From the NCBI GenBank assembly GCA_039588915.1, contig JBDGYV010000004.1, positions 2,632 to 66,631 of the forward strand: DNA of 64,000 bases, written 5' to 3'. Under the pieces are notes generated by a model that worked only from the letters and a program-made list of their open reading frames with translations, searched no databases and had not been told where the DNA came from. This document shows positions 12,303 through 24,439 of the stretch, piece by piece. Positions within the stretch are counted from its first letter, which is position 1. Each line of letters starts with the position of its first letter. The translations under genes were made by a program, and so were the position numbers. Source of the DNA: Gemmatimonadota bacterium (GTDB taxonomy: Bacteria; Gemmatimonadota; Gemmatimonadetes; JACCXV01; JAHWKZ01).

Positions 12303-13694
12303 ATGGCACTGAAACAACAGCTTGCGATGAGCCAGAAGCAAGAGATGAGAATGAATCCGCGCCTGTATCAGGCGATGGATTTGCTGTATTTGCCCCTCCT
12401 CGAGCTCGAACAACACCTCAAACAAGAGTTGACCGCCAATCCATTCCTCGAGATGACCGAGCCCGAGGAAGAGTTTGCCGAACAAGAGGAGGAAGCCGAG
12501 GAGCCGGAAGAAGAGGAAGATGAGATTGACTGGGAGGAGATCCTCCTCGATGGTTTTGACTCCGGCTATCGCAGCGGTTCAAATCACGAAGACATCGAGT
12601 CATATGAGCGTGTTCCGCACACCACGATCGATTTATGGAGCCATCTGCTTCAGCAACTCCACCAGACCAATGGTTACGCCGATGGGGAGCTGCGGATCGC
12701 TGAAGAGATTATTGGCAATATCAACGAGGATGGATTCCTCACCTGCCCGCTCGAAGACATCGCGGAGTCGCTCTCCGTTTCGATAGATCAGGTGGATCGC
12801 GCGTTGATCAGAGTACAGAAGTTTGACCCGATCGGGGTGGCTGCCCGCGATCTCCGGGAGTGCTTGTTGTTGCAGATAGCGGATCACATGGGCGCTGATA
12901 GCTTGGCCTTCCGCATTGTGGACTTGTATTTCGACGAGCTGTCAACACACAAGTACCACGATATCGCGCGGGCGGTGGGCATCACCCCGGTTGAGGTACA
13001 GGACGCCGCGGATGAGATCGCGATGCTGGATCCAAAACCAGGTCGCAAATACATGGACCTACCGCCGAACTACGTAACACCGGACATCGTGGTCGAGGAG
13101 ATAGAGGGCGAGTATGTGGTAACCCTGAATGACGGGAACCTTCCGCGGCTGAGAATAAGCAACACTTACCAACAGTTGGCTAGGAACGGTGAGTTCAAGG
13201 GGCGGGCGAAGGAATTTGCCCAGAATAAGCTGAACAGCGCCAACTGGATCATTCAAGCGATTGAGCAACGTCGCCAGACAATGCTCAAGGTGATGTACGT
13301 GATTCTCGATCGGCAGCGTGAGTTCTTTGAAGGTGGAATCCGCTTCCTGAGGCCCTTGACCCTGAAAGAAGTTGCTGATGAGATCGGAATGCATGAGTCG
13401 ACCGTAAGTCGGGTGACGAATGAGAAGTTTGTGCAGTCACCACGCGGGGTATTCCGGTTGAAGTTCTTCTTTTCGAGCGGGCTTGCGACGGAGGAGGGTG
13501 AGAATGTCTCGGCGCGTGGCGTCAAAGCCCGAATCTCAGAGATGATCGAGGAGGAGGACCCCCGCAAGCCACTGACCGATCAGCAGATCGTGGAGCTACT
13601 GCATGGCGAAGGCGTCAACATCGCCCGCCGTACGGTTCAGAAGTACCGCGACCAGCTCGGAATCCTTTCCTCACGCTATCGCAAACGCGTATAA
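12303..13694 (+). CDS. rpoN: RNA polymerase sigma-54 factor
   Basis: Gln/acidic-rich region I, the core-binding domain, and the RpoN box ARRTVQKYR at the C-terminus are all present. Confidence 0.95.
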   Translation: MALKQQLAMSQKQEMRMNPRLYQAMDLLYLPLLELEQHLKQELTANPFLEMTEPEEEFAEQEEEAEEPEEEEDEIDWEEILLDGFDSGYRSGSNHEDIESYERVPHTTIDLWSHLLQQLHQTNGYADGELRIAEEIIGNINEDGFLTCPLEDIAESLSVSIDQVDRALIRVQKFDPIGVAARDLRECLLLQIADHMGADSLAFRIVDLYFDELSTHKYHDIARAVGITPVEVQDAADEIAMLDPKPGRKYMDLPPNYVTPDIVVEEIEGEYVVTLNDGNLPRLRISNTYQQLARNGEFKGRAKEFAQNKLNSANWIIQAIEQRRQTMLKVMYVILDRQREFFEGGIRFLRPLTLKEVADEIGMHESTVSRVTNEKFVQSPRGVFRLKFFFSSGLATEEGENVSARGVKARISEMIEEEDPRKPLTDQQIVELLHGEGVNIARRTVQKYRDQLGILSSRYRKRV

Positions 13695-13753
13695 TCGCTC
13701 AGACAACATTTTCGCCCACCGATCGCGCGGTCTTTCCAATGGAAGGAGCGTAG

Positions 13754-14293
13754 ATGAAGGTCACACTCAGCGTTCGTCACGGCGACGTACCCGATTCGCT
13801 TCGGGCCCACGTTCAGGAAGGTGTCGCCGGTTTATCGAAGTATTTTGACAGGTTGGTTGAGGCGGACATCGTCCTTGACCAGGAGAACCATCGACACATA
13901 GCCGAGGTTCGGATTCACACCTCGACCGATACCCATTTTGCCAGAACCCAGGCCGCCGACTGGCGAACGGCTATCGACGGAACAGTCGGCAAGCTCCGCC
14001 GACAGCTCAAGCGACACAAATCGAAGCTCACACGGCGATCGCTTACCGCGGTCGAACGCGAGCAGCTTTTCCGCGATCGCATCGAGCGAGATGTCGCCGA
14101 TGATCCGACCGTGCCACCTCGAGATTGGGACCGGATCTCAAGCCGCGAGGCGATCGCCCGACTCGAGACCTCGGGTGAGGAAGTATTGGTCTTTGTCGAT
14201 GCCCAGGATGGAGCCGTGAAGATCGCCCGCCGCGACGGCGAGGGCTCTGTGAGCGTGGTCGAGGCCGAAGCGTTCGAGGTCGAGGAGCACTAG
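13754..14293 (+). CDS. hpf: Ribosome hibernation promoting factor (long HPF)
   Basis: The S30AE/RaiA N-domain plus a C-terminal dimerisation domain fit long HPF, and it sits in the canonical position after rpoN. RBS GGAAGGAG. Confidence 0.9.
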   Translation: MKVTLSVRHGDVPDSLRAHVQEGVAGLSKYFDRLVEADIVLDQENHRHIAEVRIHTSTDTHFARTQAADWRTAIDGTVGKLRRQLKRHKSKLTRRSLTAVEREQLFRDRIERDVADDPTVPPRDWDRISSREAIARLETSGEEVLVFVDAQDGAVKIARRDGEGSVSVVEAEAFEVEEH

Positions 14294-14298
14294 CCGCC

Positions 14299-15267
14299 AT
14301 GCCCCGGCTGACGGTTGCGGAGTTGCTGGCCAAGAGGGCCGGACCGCTAGGTCTCACGCTCCTTACCGATGAAGCCACTACCAAAAGTGAAATCGGTTCA
14401 AGCGAGGTCGGTAGTCCCGGTCTAGTTCTCGCAGGGTTCGACCAGCGCTTTGCGAATACCCGGCTGCAGATCCTCGGTGAAACGGAGATCGCCTACCTGG
14501 CGTCGCGGTCCGCGGACGAGCGAGAAGAAGCGATCCTTCGGCTGCTCGACTCCAATGTCCCAGTGATCATCTTGACCAAAAGTTTAGACCCGCCATCGGG
14601 GTTGATCGCGGCGGGCAACGAGCGTGGCATCCCTGTCGTTTCGAGTGCCCTCAAGACAGGTGAGTTCTACTCGACCATAAAGTCGTTCCTCGAATCGCAT
14701 TTTGCGCCTAGCACCTACATCCACGGTTCGTTAGCGGACGTCTACGGCGTAGGATTGCTGTTCGTCGGCCGGAGCGGGATCGGCAAGTCTGAGTGCGTGC
14801 TCGATTTGGTCGAACGGGGTCACCGGTTGGTGGCCGATGATCAAGTGCACGTCACTCGGAGATCGGGAGACATTCTCATCGGCAAGGGCAGCGAGGTGTT
14901 GGGATTCCACATGGAGATTCGAGGGATCGGGATCATTGACATCCAATCGTTGTTCGGTATCCGCGCCGTTCGTCTGCAGAAGCGGATCGAGGTCGTCGTT
15001 CAGCTCGAGGATTGGGATGAGACGACTAACGTGGAACGCGTTGGTCTAGAGGAAGGAGGGACCGAGATCCTGGGTGTCGAGATCCCACTCGTTCGCGTAC
15101 CGTTGAACCCGGGCAAGAACATCACCGTCATCGCCGAAGTCGTGTCGATGAATCACCTCCAGAAGTTTGCTGGTCGTCACGCCGCCGAACACTTCAATCA
15201 GCGATTGATCGAGCACATGCGCACTAAAGCGCAGACCGAGACTTACTTGGAGGAGGATTACGAGTGA
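14299..15267 (+). CDS. hprK: HPr kinase/phosphorylase
   Basis: The P-loop GRSGIGKSE and the C-terminal kinase domain (LVADD, EIRGIGII) match HprK. Confidence 0.9.
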   Translation: MPRLTVAELLAKRAGPLGLTLLTDEATTKSEIGSSEVGSPGLVLAGFDQRFANTRLQILGETEIAYLASRSADEREEAILRLLDSNVPVIILTKSLDPPSGLIAAGNERGIPVVSSALKTGEFYSTIKSFLESHFAPSTYIHGSLADVYGVGLLFVGRSGIGKSECVLDLVERGHRLVADDQVHVTRRSGDILIGKGSEVLGFHMEIRGIGIIDIQSLFGIRAVRLQKRIEVVVQLEDWDETTNVERVGLEEGGTEILGVEIPLVRVPLNPGKNITVIAEVVSMNHLQKFAGRHAAEHFNQRLIEHMRTKAQTETYLEEDYE

Positions 15268-15650
15268 CCGGTCGCTGCGGGGTGGTCGTGGCCCACGGTC
15301 ACCTCGGAGAGGGGTTGCTCTCGGCGCTCACTCGCGTAGCGGGGGCCCAGGACAACCTGTGGGCGGTATCGAACGACGACCTGGACACAGAGTCCCTGAT
15401 GGCTGAGATCGAGTCGCTGCTTACCGAACGCGGAGCGGGTCGGGAAGCGATTCTGTTCAGTGATCTCGACGGTGGTTCGTGTTGTCAGGCTTGTCGCCGG
15501 TTGTTGGGACGTGACTCTGTGCGGGCTGTGTTCTACGGGGTAAACCTGCCGTTATTGATCGAGTTCGTGTTCCTGCAGGATCTGCCCTTCGATGAGTTCT
15601 CAGCAGCGCTGTTGACGAAGAGCCGCGGTGCCCTCGGGGCCCACTCGTGA
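15264..15650 (+). CDS. PTS EIIA component, mannose/fructose/sorbose family
   Basis: The EIIA-Man fold has its phosphorylatable His in VVVAHGHLG. GTGA overlap with hprK. Confidence 0.75.
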   Translation: MTGRCGVVVAHGHLGEGLLSALTRVAGAQDNLWAVSNDDLDTESLMAEIESLLTERGAGREAILFSDLDGGSCCQACRRLLGRDSVRAVFYGVNLPLLIEFVFLQDLPFDEFSAALLTKSRGALGAHS

Positions 15651-16123
15651 GCGAGGTGCTGTTCCGGGTTGACGAACGGCTGATTCACGGACAGGTGGTT
15701 GTCGGCTGGGGACGACGACTCCACCCCGATCGAATCGTCGTCGTATCGGACGATCTCTCCCGCCAGCCGGTTGAGCAGGATATCTACCGTACCGGTTTGC
15801 CAGCCTCGATCGAAGCCGTGTTTTGGGACCTTGGTGAGGCCGTCGAGGGACTGCCGGCGCTGCTCGACTCCGGCAATAGCATCATCGTACTGACCGAAGA
15901 CTTGGGCACAATGCTGAGGCTGGCGAGTGCCGCTGTTACGATCGAAGAGGTCAACGTCGGAGGTCTGTTCGCCGGCGAAGGACGGACTCAGTTGCTGCCG
16001 TACGTGTGGTTTGATGCCGAAGACGAGCAGCGAGTGCGAGAACTGGAGGCGTTGGGGGTCCGCGTCGTCGCGCAGGACGTGCCGACCACGGCTCCGGTTC
16101 GGCTCCGAGAGCGCGTAGAGTGA
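15647..16123 (+). CDS. PTS EIIB component, mannose/sorbose family
   Basis: The N-terminal VDERLIHGQV active-site His region is typical of PTS IIB-Man. GTGA overlap. Confidence 0.75.
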   Translation: MSEVLFRVDERLIHGQVVVGWGRRLHPDRIVVVSDDLSRQPVEQDIYRTGLPASIEAVFWDLGEAVEGLPALLDSGNSIIVLTEDLGTMLRLASAAVTIEEVNVGGLFAGEGRTQLLPYVWFDAEDEQRVRELEALGVRVVAQDVPTTAPVRLRERVE

Positions 16124-16803
16124 GCCTAGAGCAGGCGGCGCTGTTGACGGTTCTCGGTGCGGTCGTGTTTCTAGACCAGTGGCCTGTCTTTCAGAGCATG
16201 CTATCGCGCCCCCTAGTGGTGGGAGCTTTGGTGGGCGTCGTGCTTGGCAAGCCCACCGATGGAGCGTTGTGGGGGGCGGTGTTTGAGGCAGTATACCTGG
16301 GACTCTTGCCGATCGGCGCCGCGCGGTATCCTGACGCTGGCCTGGCGACGCTGGCCGGCAGCGCCGTCGTGCTCTCAGCGCCGGCGAGCGTCGCACCACC
16401 GGTCGGGTGGGCGGTGGCGGTAGCACTCGCGACGGGCACTCTCGGCGACCATATGGGGGGATTCCTGCGGCGTTGGAACGGCCGCACCGCGGTCTACGTT
16501 CGAGAACGAGTCGCCGCTGGGGATCTCTCAGCACCCGGCCGCGCCATCGCCATTGCGCTGCTGCGCGGAGCCGCGCTCGGGGCCGTGGTCTCAGCGGTGG
16601 CGTTAACGGTCGGGCTAGGGGGCCTCGCCTTGGTGGTGTCGACTCCGTGGAGTGGGCCGTTGCCGATGAGGGTCGTCGTGTTGGCTGCCGCCGCAGCTCT
16701 GACCGTCAACGGGACTCGACTCTTTGTCGATGGCCGGTCGCGGTTAGGTGCCTGGGGAGTTGGGTTAGTCCTGGTTGTGGCCGCTTTCGGTCTGATGGGT
16801 TGA
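16120..16803 (+). CDS. PTS EIIC-like membrane component (mannose family, short)
   Basis: Polytopic hydrophobic protein in the IIC position of an EIIA-B-C-D array. GTGA overlap. Confidence 0.55.
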   Translation: MSLEQAALLTVLGAVVFLDQWPVFQSMLSRPLVVGALVGVVLGKPTDGALWGAVFEAVYLGLLPIGAARYPDAGLATLAGSAVVLSAPASVAPPVGWAVAVALATGTLGDHMGGFLRRWNGRTAVYVRERVAAGDLSAPGRAIAIALLRGAALGAVVSAVALTVGLGGLALVVSTPWSGPLPMRVVVLAAAAALTVNGTRLFVDGRSRLGAWGVGLVLVVAAFGLMG

Positions 16804-16807
16804 AGGC

Positions 16808-17596
16808 GTGAGTTCCACTCGTCGCCCGTTGGCCGCCGAGCGGCGCCGAATCGCTCGTCGTGCGACGTGTCTACAAGCGGTTTGGAACCACGAGACGCTG
16901 CAAGGAGTGGGGTTCGCTTGGGCGATCGCGCCAGGACTCGATCGGCTCTACCCGGATCTGCGCGCCCGTGGTGACCGGCTCCTGGCACACCTCGAACCGT
17001 TCAATAGCAACCCGTACCTGGCGACGATCGGAATCGGGTTCGCGCTTCGGCTCGAGCAGGAGGTCGCCCGTGGATCGGCGGGTGCTGACCACCGGCTGTC
17101 GAGCCTGATCAAAGCGCTCCGGAGCAGCTTGGGTGCGCTTGGGGACGACTTATTCTGGGCCGCATGGCGACCGATGCTCGGTGTGATTGGCGCGGCCGTC
17201 GCGCTTGCGACCGGGTCGCCTATCGCAGCACTGGTGTACTGGATCGCCTACAATGCGTTGGCGCAATCGGTTCGCTGGCGTGGCGTACGAGCCGGTTTCG
17301 CGAGTGGTGCAGGTATCGCTCGGGTGCTTCAAGACCCATTCTGGAGCCGCGCCAGTGGGATCACGAAGATAGCCGGTGCGGCGGCCTCTGGAGCGGTTGT
17401 CGGTGGGGCATTGTGGGCCGCGTCCGGTGGCGGTTTAGAGGGCATCTCAGTATTTTTCTTCATTACAGCTTTCCTGTGGCTTGCGGGCTTGCGGCGTGGC
17501 AGTAGGGGCCGCTGGCTGTCGCCCTCGGTGGCCTTTCTGGTCGTCGTGACCCTGCTCAGCGTAATGGTCCAGGTTTCCGCGGGGGTTCTGCCGTGA
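16808..17596 (+). CDS. PTS EIID-like membrane component (mannose family)
   Basis: GTG start. N-terminal cytoplasmic segment then TM helices, in the IID position. Confidence 0.6.
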   Translation: MSSTRRPLAAERRRIARRATCLQAVWNHETLQGVGFAWAIAPGLDRLYPDLRARGDRLLAHLEPFNSNPYLATIGIGFALRLEQEVARGSAGADHRLSSLIKALRSSLGALGDDLFWAAWRPMLGVIGAAVALATGSPIAALVYWIAYNALAQSVRWRGVRAGFASGAGIARVLQDPFWSRASGITKIAGAAASGAVVGGALWAASGGGLEGISVFFFITAFLWLAGLRRGSRGRWLSPSVAFLVVVTLLSVMVQVSAGVLP

Positions 17597-17913
17597 CGAG
17601 CGAAGTACACGAAGCAGAGGTCGAGATCCAAAACCACCTAGGGTTGCACGCCCGCCCGGCGGCCCAGCTCGTCCGCCTCTCGAACCATTTCGGGTCTGAC
17701 ATCTTTCTCAGCAAGAACGGTGTTGAGGTAAACGGAAAGAGCATCATGGGAGTCATGATGCTCGCCGCCGAACGCGGCGCTCGAGTCCAGATTCGTGCCG
17801 TCGGCACCGATGCCCGCGAGGCTATCCGGGACTTGGTGGCGCTCATCGAGCGACGGTTCGACGAGGATGACGAGGGTCAGCCGGTGGATGCCGACCCGTC
17901 GTCCGTCACCTGA
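17593..17913 (+). CDS. ptsH: Phosphocarrier protein HPr
   Basis: GLHARPAAQLV His-15 region. The regulatory Ser site appears to be present (GKSIMGVMML). Confidence 0.85.
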   Translation: MTSEVHEAEVEIQNHLGLHARPAAQLVRLSNHFGSDIFLSKNGVEVNGKSIMGVMMLAAERGARVQIRAVGTDAREAIRDLVALIERRFDEDDEGQPVDADPSSVT

Positions 17914-17921
17914 GTTCGCCG

Positions 17922-19685
17922 GTGGTTGTCGAGAAGATCCACGGCGGGGTACCGGCTTCTGTCGGGGTGGCGTTTGGTCCTGCCTACCTGATTACGCCTG
18001 ACGCGCTGCGCGTTCCACGCTACCCAATCAACGCATCAAGTGTGATTCGCGAGGTCGAGCGTTTGGAAACTGCCCTTGCGAAGACCCGGGTGGACATAAA
18101 ACGGGTACAGCAGGCGCTTGTGTCAGCTGGAAAAAGAGACGAAGCGACGATCTTTGATTCACATCTGCTTGTCCTCGAGGACAACGAGTTTCTGGATCAA
18201 GTTCGAGAGCAAATCCGTGTCGCAGGCGACAACGTAGAGTATGCGTTTCACTCTCAGATTCTCGAGGCCGTCACTCGGTTGGACCAGAGCGAGGATCCGT
18301 ATCTGCGTGAACGGGCCAAGGATATCCGTGATCTCGAGCATCGCGTTGTGCGCGCGCTGTTGGGAGAGCGCGAACCCGCATTTGGCGACCTGATCGACAA
18401 CGCGATCGTAGTGGCTCACGATCTCCCGGCCACGATCACGGCGGAGCTTGATCGCGACAAGATTCTGGGGATTGCGACCGAGGTTGGTGCGCCACATAGC
18501 CACACCGCGATTCTAGCCCGGGCATTGGAAATCCCGGCGGTGCTCGGTCTAGGACCCGTGCTCGCTGAGCTGCAGCACGGAGGGCCTGTGCTGCTGGACG
18601 GCCGGGAGGGGGTGCTGATCAGCGATCCGACAGAGGAGACGGTCGGTCGCTACGAACGGGTGCAAGATACGATCGCGCGGCGTCGCGCAGAGTTGGTGAC
18701 GATGGCCGGCGCACCCAGTCTGTCGAGAGACGGCGAATCGCTGACGTTTCAAGCCAACCTCGAGTTTGCACGCGAGGTCGATTCCGCGCTCGCGTTTGGG
18801 TGCGAAGGCGTCGGGCTCTATCGAACCGAGTATCTGTTTCTACAGAGCGGTGGTGAGGCGAGCGAAGAAGATCAGTATGCCGTCTATCGAAGACTTATCG
18901 ACCGGATGGACGGCCGCCTGGTCACGATCCGGACCGTCGATCTCGGCGGTGACAAGCTGCTCGCCGGAATGGAGCCCGAAGACAACCCGTTCCTGGGTTG
19001 GCGGGCGATTCGCTACTGTCTCGATCGGCCAGAGGTCTTCCGATCCCAGCTGCGGGCGATCCTCCGGGCCGGTACGCACGGCCCCGCGTCGATCATGTTG
19101 CCGATGGTCGTCACGGTTGACGAGGCGGATATCGCAATCGCGCACCTTGAGGCGGCGCGGCGCTCGCTGGATGATGAGGGAATCGAAAGTGCCGAGGTGT
19201 GCCCGATAGGGGCGTTGATCGAGACCCCGGCGGCAGCGTTGATGGCCGACGAACTCGCTGCGCGGTTCGATTTCCTATCTCTTGGGACGAACGATCTTGT
19301 CCAGTACACCCTGGCAGTGGATCGCGGAAACCGCCGGATCGCCCACTTATTTCAACCCTTTCACCCGGCAGTTCTGCGGCTCATACGAGATGTCTGCCAG
19401 GCCGCCGAAAGAGCCGGGGTAGAGGTGACCGTGTGCGGAGAGATGGCAGGCAACTCCCGAGGCGCGATCCTCTTGATGGGGCTGGGCGTTACCCGGTTCA
19501 GCATGGTGCCAGCCCGGATCCCACGCATCAAACAAGTGCTCAGCCGGATCACCATCGATGAGGCTCGGGTGGCGGCGAGTGACGCGCTGGCTCGAGCGAC
19601 TGCGGCATCCGCGCTATCGGTGATTGAAACCGGGTTTGCGGACCGCTTCGATTCCGCCACGGCGACAGTGAGCGAACGGTCTTGA
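17922..19685 (+). CDS. ptsI: Phosphoenolpyruvate-protein phosphotransferase (PTS Enzyme I)
   Basis: The EI N-domain, the phospho-His domain (GAPHSHTAILARALEIPAV) and the PEP-utilising TIM-barrel domain are all present. Confidence 0.9.
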   Translation: MVVEKIHGGVPASVGVAFGPAYLITPDALRVPRYPINASSVIREVERLETALAKTRVDIKRVQQALVSAGKRDEATIFDSHLLVLEDNEFLDQVREQIRVAGDNVEYAFHSQILEAVTRLDQSEDPYLRERAKDIRDLEHRVVRALLGEREPAFGDLIDNAIVVAHDLPATITAELDRDKILGIATEVGAPHSHTAILARALEIPAVLGLGPVLAELQHGGPVLLDGREGVLISDPTEETVGRYERVQDTIARRRAELVTMAGAPSLSRDGESLTFQANLEFAREVDSALAFGCEGVGLYRTEYLFLQSGGEASEEDQYAVYRRLIDRMDGRLVTIRTVDLGGDKLLAGMEPEDNPFLGWRAIRYCLDRPEVFRSQLRAILRAGTHGPASIMLPMVVTVDEADIAIAHLEAARRSLDDEGIESAEVCPIGALIETPAAALMADELAARFDFLSLGTNDLVQYTLAVDRGNRRIAHLFQPFHPAVLRLIRDVCQAAERAGVEVTVCGEMAGNSRGAILLMGLGVTRFSMVPARIPRIKQVLSRITIDEARVAASDALARATAASALSVIETGFADRFDSATATVSERS

Positions 19686-20782
19686 GCTCGCGCTCAGCAA
19701 CTGTGACGGTGGACGACGTCGAGACCTGGCGCCAGCGTGAAGCGGTCATCGATGACGAAGGAATGCGAGGTCACATCGCTGGTTTTCCAGATCAGCTCGC
19801 GGCTGGAGCCGATAGCGCATCGTCGTTCGTGAAGTTGCTCGATGTTCCCGCCAGTGAACCAACTGCGATCGCGGTCGCTGGTATGGGTGGCTCGGCGATT
19901 GGTGGCGATCTGGTCGCCGCCTACGCCGGCGAGCGGCGTGTTTTACCGTTGCATGTGATCCGGGGCTACGAACTGCCGGCATGGCTCGATCAGAACACGG
20001 CGCTGATCGTATCGTCATACTCGGGAAACACTGACGAGACACTCGCGTGTTACGAGGCCGCCCGGAAGCGTGCGCTATCGGTCGTCGCGATCACAACCGG
20101 TGGTCAAGTGGCGCAAATGGCGCGTGAAGCGGGTGATCCGTTACTCGAGATGCCAAGCGGGTTTCCACCTCGAGCGGCGCTCGGTCACTCGTTGTCGGCG
20201 TTGGCCTTGGTCGCGGCCCGATTGGATCCGGGTTTGGACCCTGAAGGCGAGGCCGATGCATTACGTCGTGCTGCCGAGCGCCTCCGACCGCTGGCGGAAC
20301 GGTGGCTAGAGTGGTCGAACGACAACCCCGCGCTGGACGTGGCCGCTTCGATAGCTAATCGGCTGCCGGTCGTCTACGGCGGTCATCCGATGTCGATGTC
20401 TGCCGCCGCACGTTGGAAGGCGCAACTCAACGAGAACGGCAAGATGCCCGCGTACTCGGGACAATTACCGGAGCACAATCACAACGAGATCGTGGGGTTC
20501 GAAGGTGACAACCCGGTGCTGCGCCAGATGGTGTTGGTCCACTTGGAGACTTCATGGGACCATCGGCAAGTCCGCCGACGGTTTGATTTCGTGCACGACT
20601 ACTGCTGCGACCGGGTGGCCCGCCAGCACCGAATCAGAACCACCAGCGACGTGCCGTTGGAGGGTATGCTCGAGTTGTGTTACTTGGGCGATTGCACTAG
20701 TTTTATTGTTTCCATTATCAACGGGTGGAACCCCACGCCCGTCGCTTCGATCGACGCCCTAAAGAACGAACTCAAAGGCTGA
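19682..20782 (+). CDS. Bifunctional phosphoglucose/phosphomannose isomerase (SIS family)
   Basis: TTGA overlap with ptsI. Two SIS-like halves (SYSGNTDETL) and the 366-aa size are typical of PGI/PMI bifunctional enzymes. Confidence 0.7.
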   Translation: MSSRSATVTVDDVETWRQREAVIDDEGMRGHIAGFPDQLAAGADSASSFVKLLDVPASEPTAIAVAGMGGSAIGGDLVAAYAGERRVLPLHVIRGYELPAWLDQNTALIVSSYSGNTDETLACYEAARKRALSVVAITTGGQVAQMAREAGDPLLEMPSGFPPRAALGHSLSALALVAARLDPGLDPEGEADALRRAAERLRPLAERWLEWSNDNPALDVAASIANRLPVVYGGHPMSMSAAARWKAQLNENGKMPAYSGQLPEHNHNEIVGFEGDNPVLRQMVLVHLETSWDHRQVRRRFDFVHDYCCDRVARQHRIRTTSDVPLEGMLELCYLGDCTSFIVSIINGWNPTPVASIDALKNELKG

Positions 20783-20790
20783 ACAAATAG

Positions 20791-21777
20791 GTGAAGATCA
20801 TTATTCCGGCGGCCGGGCAAGGCACCCGGCTGCGCCCTCACACACACACGGTCCCAAAAGTGATGCTGCCGGTCGCAGGCCGCCCGATCATTGGCCACAT
20901 CCTGGCCGATCTCGCGTCACTGGAGCCATCCGAGATTCGGTTGGTAGTCGGGTACCGAGGGGATTCGATCGAGGCTTACGTGCAAGAGGTGTTTCCAGAC
21001 TTACCGGTCGAGATCGTTTGGCAACAGGATCAACTGGGTCTTGGACACGCGGTGTTGACGGCGCTCGAGGCGAACGAACACGAACCGACGCTGGTGGTGC
21101 TCGGCGACACGGTTTTCGATGTCGACTACGCGGATATAGTCTCGTCTCCCGACCACGCGTTGGGTGTGCGACCGGTCCCGGATCCGGAACGATTCGGGAT
21201 CGTGGAACTCGACGCGGCCGGTGAGAGTATCGTCAAACTGGTCGAGAAACCGACGGAGCCGAAGGGTAACCTGGCGTTGGCAGGCCTGTACTTCGTCCGC
21301 GACGGAGAATTGTTGCGATCAGCATTGGCTGGCTTGGTCGACGAGGGCGGCATCACCCGTGGTGAGTATCAGCTCACCGATGCGTTGCAACGACTGATCG
21401 ATGCGGGCGAAAGGTTCATTCCGTACAGCATCAAGGGCTGGTTCGATTGCGGGAAACCTGAAACACTGCTGGCTACGAATCGCGAGTTGCTCAATCGGCA
21501 GCCGCCGCAAGTCGACGTATCAAGTGACGACACGAAGTTCATCGCGCCGGTGTTTGTTGGCGCAGATTGCGTTATCAAGAACTCGATCATCGGGCCACAC
21601 GTCTCGCTATCCAAAGGTGTCACCGTGCGCGATTCCGTGATTCGCGACTCGATCATCGGTGAACACGCCACGGTGAGCGGTTTTGTGCTCGAAGGTTCGA
21701 TCATCGGGCCTGGCGCGCGCGTGGAAGCGGCGCCACTGGGTCTCAATCTAGGAGAAGGATCGGAGTTGATATGCTGA
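20791..21777 (+). CDS. Sugar-1-phosphate nucleotidyltransferase with C-terminal left-handed beta-helix (mannose-1-P guanylyltransferase / glucose-1-P thymidylyltransferase-like)
   Basis: GTG start. [20 protein letters not shown] is the nucleotidyltransferase signature, and C-terminal hexapeptide repeats follow. Confidence 0.75.
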   Translation: MKIIIPAAGQGTRLRPHTHTVPKVMLPVAGRPIIGHILADLASLEPSEIRLVVGYRGDSIEAYVQEVFPDLPVEIVWQQDQLGLGHAVLTALEANEHEPTLVVLGDTVFDVDYADIVSSPDHALGVRPVPDPERFGIVELDAAGESIVKLVEKPTEPKGNLALAGLYFVRDGELLRSALAGLVDEGGITRGEYQLTDALQRLIDAGERFIPYSIKGWFDCGKPETLLATNRELLNRQPPQVDVSSDDTKFIAPVFVGADCVIKNSIIGPHVSLSKGVTVRDSVIRDSIIGEHATVSGFVLEGSIIGPGARVEAAPLGLNLGEGSELIC

Positions 21778-22976
21778 AAACGAAGGAACAAGAGGTGACG
21801 GCCTCGCCGCATCGCGTGAGGACCGATCGGTTCCTATTTACGTCAGAATCGGTAACCGAGGGTCACCCGGACAAGATCGCCGACCAAATCTCGGACGGGG
21901 TTTTGGATGCAGCGTTAGCCGGCGATCCGTCAAGCCGGGTCGCGTGTGAGACGTTGGTTACCACCGGTTTGATCGTGGTGGCGGGAGAGATCACTACCGA
22001 CGCGTACATCCCGGTCGCGCAGGTTGCCCGCGAGACGGTTCGTCAGATCGGCTATACGGACGCGCGGATGGGATTCGATGCGGATACCTGCGGGGTGATG
22101 GTCTCGATCGACCGACAGTCGCCCGATATCAGCATGGGAGTCGATCGTGACGGAGCCGGCGATCAGGGGATGATGTTTGGCTACGCGACGGACGAAACGT
22201 CGGAGTTGATGCCGTTGCCGATCGCGTTGGCTCACGCGCTCACCCATCGCCTGGCTGAGAAACGGAAGGACGGGACGTTGCCCTGGGTGCGGCCCGATGG
22301 AAAGAGCCAGGTGACGGTTGAATACGACGAAGGTCGAGCGCGAGAGATCCGAACGGTGGTCGTGTCTACCCAGACCGGTGACGAAGATGAGGTCTCGCCC
22401 GATGAGATCCAGGCTGGGATCCGCAAAGAGGTGATCGAGCCAATACTACCGAGCGGGATGTACGACGAGGACGAACTCACCGTTCACGTCAACCCGACTG
22501 GACGGTTTGTCATCGGTGGGCCGATGGGCGACGCTGGCGTGACTGGTCGGAAAATCATCGTGGATACGTACGGCGGTCTCGGCCGTCATGGTGGAGGCGC
22601 GTTTAGCGGAAAGGACCCGACCAAGGTCGATCGGTCTGCGACGTATGCCGCTCGATGGGTGGCCAAGAACATCGTGGCGGCCGGCCTTGCGCAGCGATGC
22701 GAGGTCCAGCTTGCGTACGCGATCGGCGTGGCCGAACCGGTCAGCGTCATGATCGACACGTTCGGTACGGGCGTGGTTGCCGACGCCGTGTTGGAAGAGA
22801 AGGCGCTCGAGGTGTGGGACCTGCGTCCGTTGGCGATCATCAAGGCGCTCGACCTGCGGCGGCCGATCTACCAGCCGACAGCCGCATACGGACATTTCGG
22901 CCGCGAACCGAAGAACGGCTTGTTTACGTGGGAGCTCAGCAACCGCGCCGAAGATTTGAGGGCGGCGATTTCATAA
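21771..22976 (+). CDS. metK: S-adenosylmethionine synthetase
   Basis: [17 protein letters not shown] and [17 protein letters not shown] motifs are present. RBS GGAGAAGGA. Confidence 0.95.
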   Translation: MLKTKEQEVTASPHRVRTDRFLFTSESVTEGHPDKIADQISDGVLDAALAGDPSSRVACETLVTTGLIVVAGEITTDAYIPVAQVARETVRQIGYTDARMGFDADTCGVMVSIDRQSPDISMGVDRDGAGDQGMMFGYATDETSELMPLPIALAHALTHRLAEKRKDGTLPWVRPDGKSQVTVEYDEGRAREIRTVVVSTQTGDEDEVSPDEIQAGIRKEVIEPILPSGMYDEDELTVHVNPTGRFVIGGPMGDAGVTGRKIIVDTYGGLGRHGGGAFSGKDPTKVDRSATYAARWVAKNIVAAGLAQRCEVQLAYAIGVAEPVSVMIDTFGTGVVADAVLEEKALEVWDLRPLAIIKALDLRRPIYQPTAAYGHFGREPKNGLFTWELSNRAEDLRAAIS

Positions 22977-22985
22977 CATCATTGA

Positions 22986-24356
<1,371 letters not shown>

Positions 24357-24439
24357 GCGCCCCTGGCCACGCCCGTGGCCGGTTGTCCTGGCCGCGGGAT
24401 GGCATTTATGTTGCAGTTGAAGCGTTAGAAAGGGGCACC

